64,000 bases of DNA from Gracilinanus agilis (Eukaryota), in the NCBI RefSeq assembly GCF_016433145.1, contig NC_058132.1, forward strand, positions 123,313,319 through 123,377,318. The letters run 5' to 3'. The first letter of the stretch is position 1; the number at the start of each line of letters is the position of its first letter. A program made the position numbers and the translations under genes. Under the pieces are notes generated by a model. It saw nothing but the letters and a program-made list of their open reading frames with translations, ran no database searches and was not told the DNA's origin. This document shows, in pieces, positions 63,501 to 64,000 of the stretch.

Positions 63501-63958
63501 CCACTAGTATCCTTCATGAACCTTGAGTTCCAATTCAATCTGACATTTCCTGATCTCATGCATTCCTTCTTTTACCTCCTTGTATAAGTGAAGACAAGTC
63601 CAGGAACCAGGAGGACACTTCTAAATTTTCCTAGAGAATTGGTCTGGCTCTCCCTTTCGCTTCTGTCACATGTTATTTTTTTGTTATATTTACCTGGGCA
63701 CATGCCATATCTCTTTATTGTTATTATCATATGACCATATTCTTATAAGACCTTCATCTTTTGCAATCCTGAGCCTCCTTTAAAGTGCAAATCAAATGTG
63801 ATTTCCTACTTGAGACCTCTCCTGATTCCCCCAGCTGCTCACCTACCAAATTAAATTTGTATTTATCAATCAATCAGCATGTATTTATTATGTGCCTATC
63901 ATACACCAGCCTCAAATAGGATATAAGTATAAAGAATGAAATAGCTCCTACTCACAAT

Positions 63959-63961
<3 letters not shown>

Positions 63962-64000
<39 letters not shown>
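63962..64000. repeat. (TG)n microsatellite running off the window end
   Basis: Seen directly. Confidence 0.98.

Noticed and set aside
1-64000. tRNA, rRNA, snRNA genes, CRISPR arrays, non-retroviral endogenous viral elements
   Set aside because: None recognised. SINE heads are tRNA-derived but are not tRNA genes, and no long viral-like ORF is present.

Overview
Repeat-dense, essentially non-coding mammalian DNA. The SINE complement (about ten SINE1_Mdo-type copies, MAR1 core-SINEs, marsupial L1/RTE/CR1/L2) points to a didelphid marsupial, most likely the opossum Monodelphis domestica; this is inferred from repeat families recognised from memory. The window has three short assembly gaps. I cannot support any protein-coding exon of a known gene: the longer ORFs in the track are L1 ORF2 remnants, antisense L1 frames or low-complexity sequence. 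The main functional-looking feature is a two-part CpG-rich block at ~47.3-48.9 kb. It reads best as the 5' end of an unidentified minus-strand gene: TATA box, then an ATF4/C-EBP composite element, then a ~210-nt leader with five ATGs, then a splice donor. About 0.7-0.9 kb further on (lower coordinates) lie two PAR-bZIP D-boxes and an ASNS NSRE-1-identical 9-mer. A second candidate short exon or alternative promoter lies at ~40.5 kb, near a CTCF motif. Other notable items: an intact non-autonomous OposCharlie1 (OC1)-type hAT element with a perfect 8-bp TSD next to the island; two 7SL retrocopies; an ERV solo LTR; nested head-to-head L1s; and two short insertions that appear copied from DNA 1-2.5 kb away. 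I found no convincing new biological system. The best leads are the stress/clock-type promoter and the locally templated insertions. Repeat boundaries without a stated TSD are approximate (tens of bp), and family names need RepeatMasker/Dfam confirmation.
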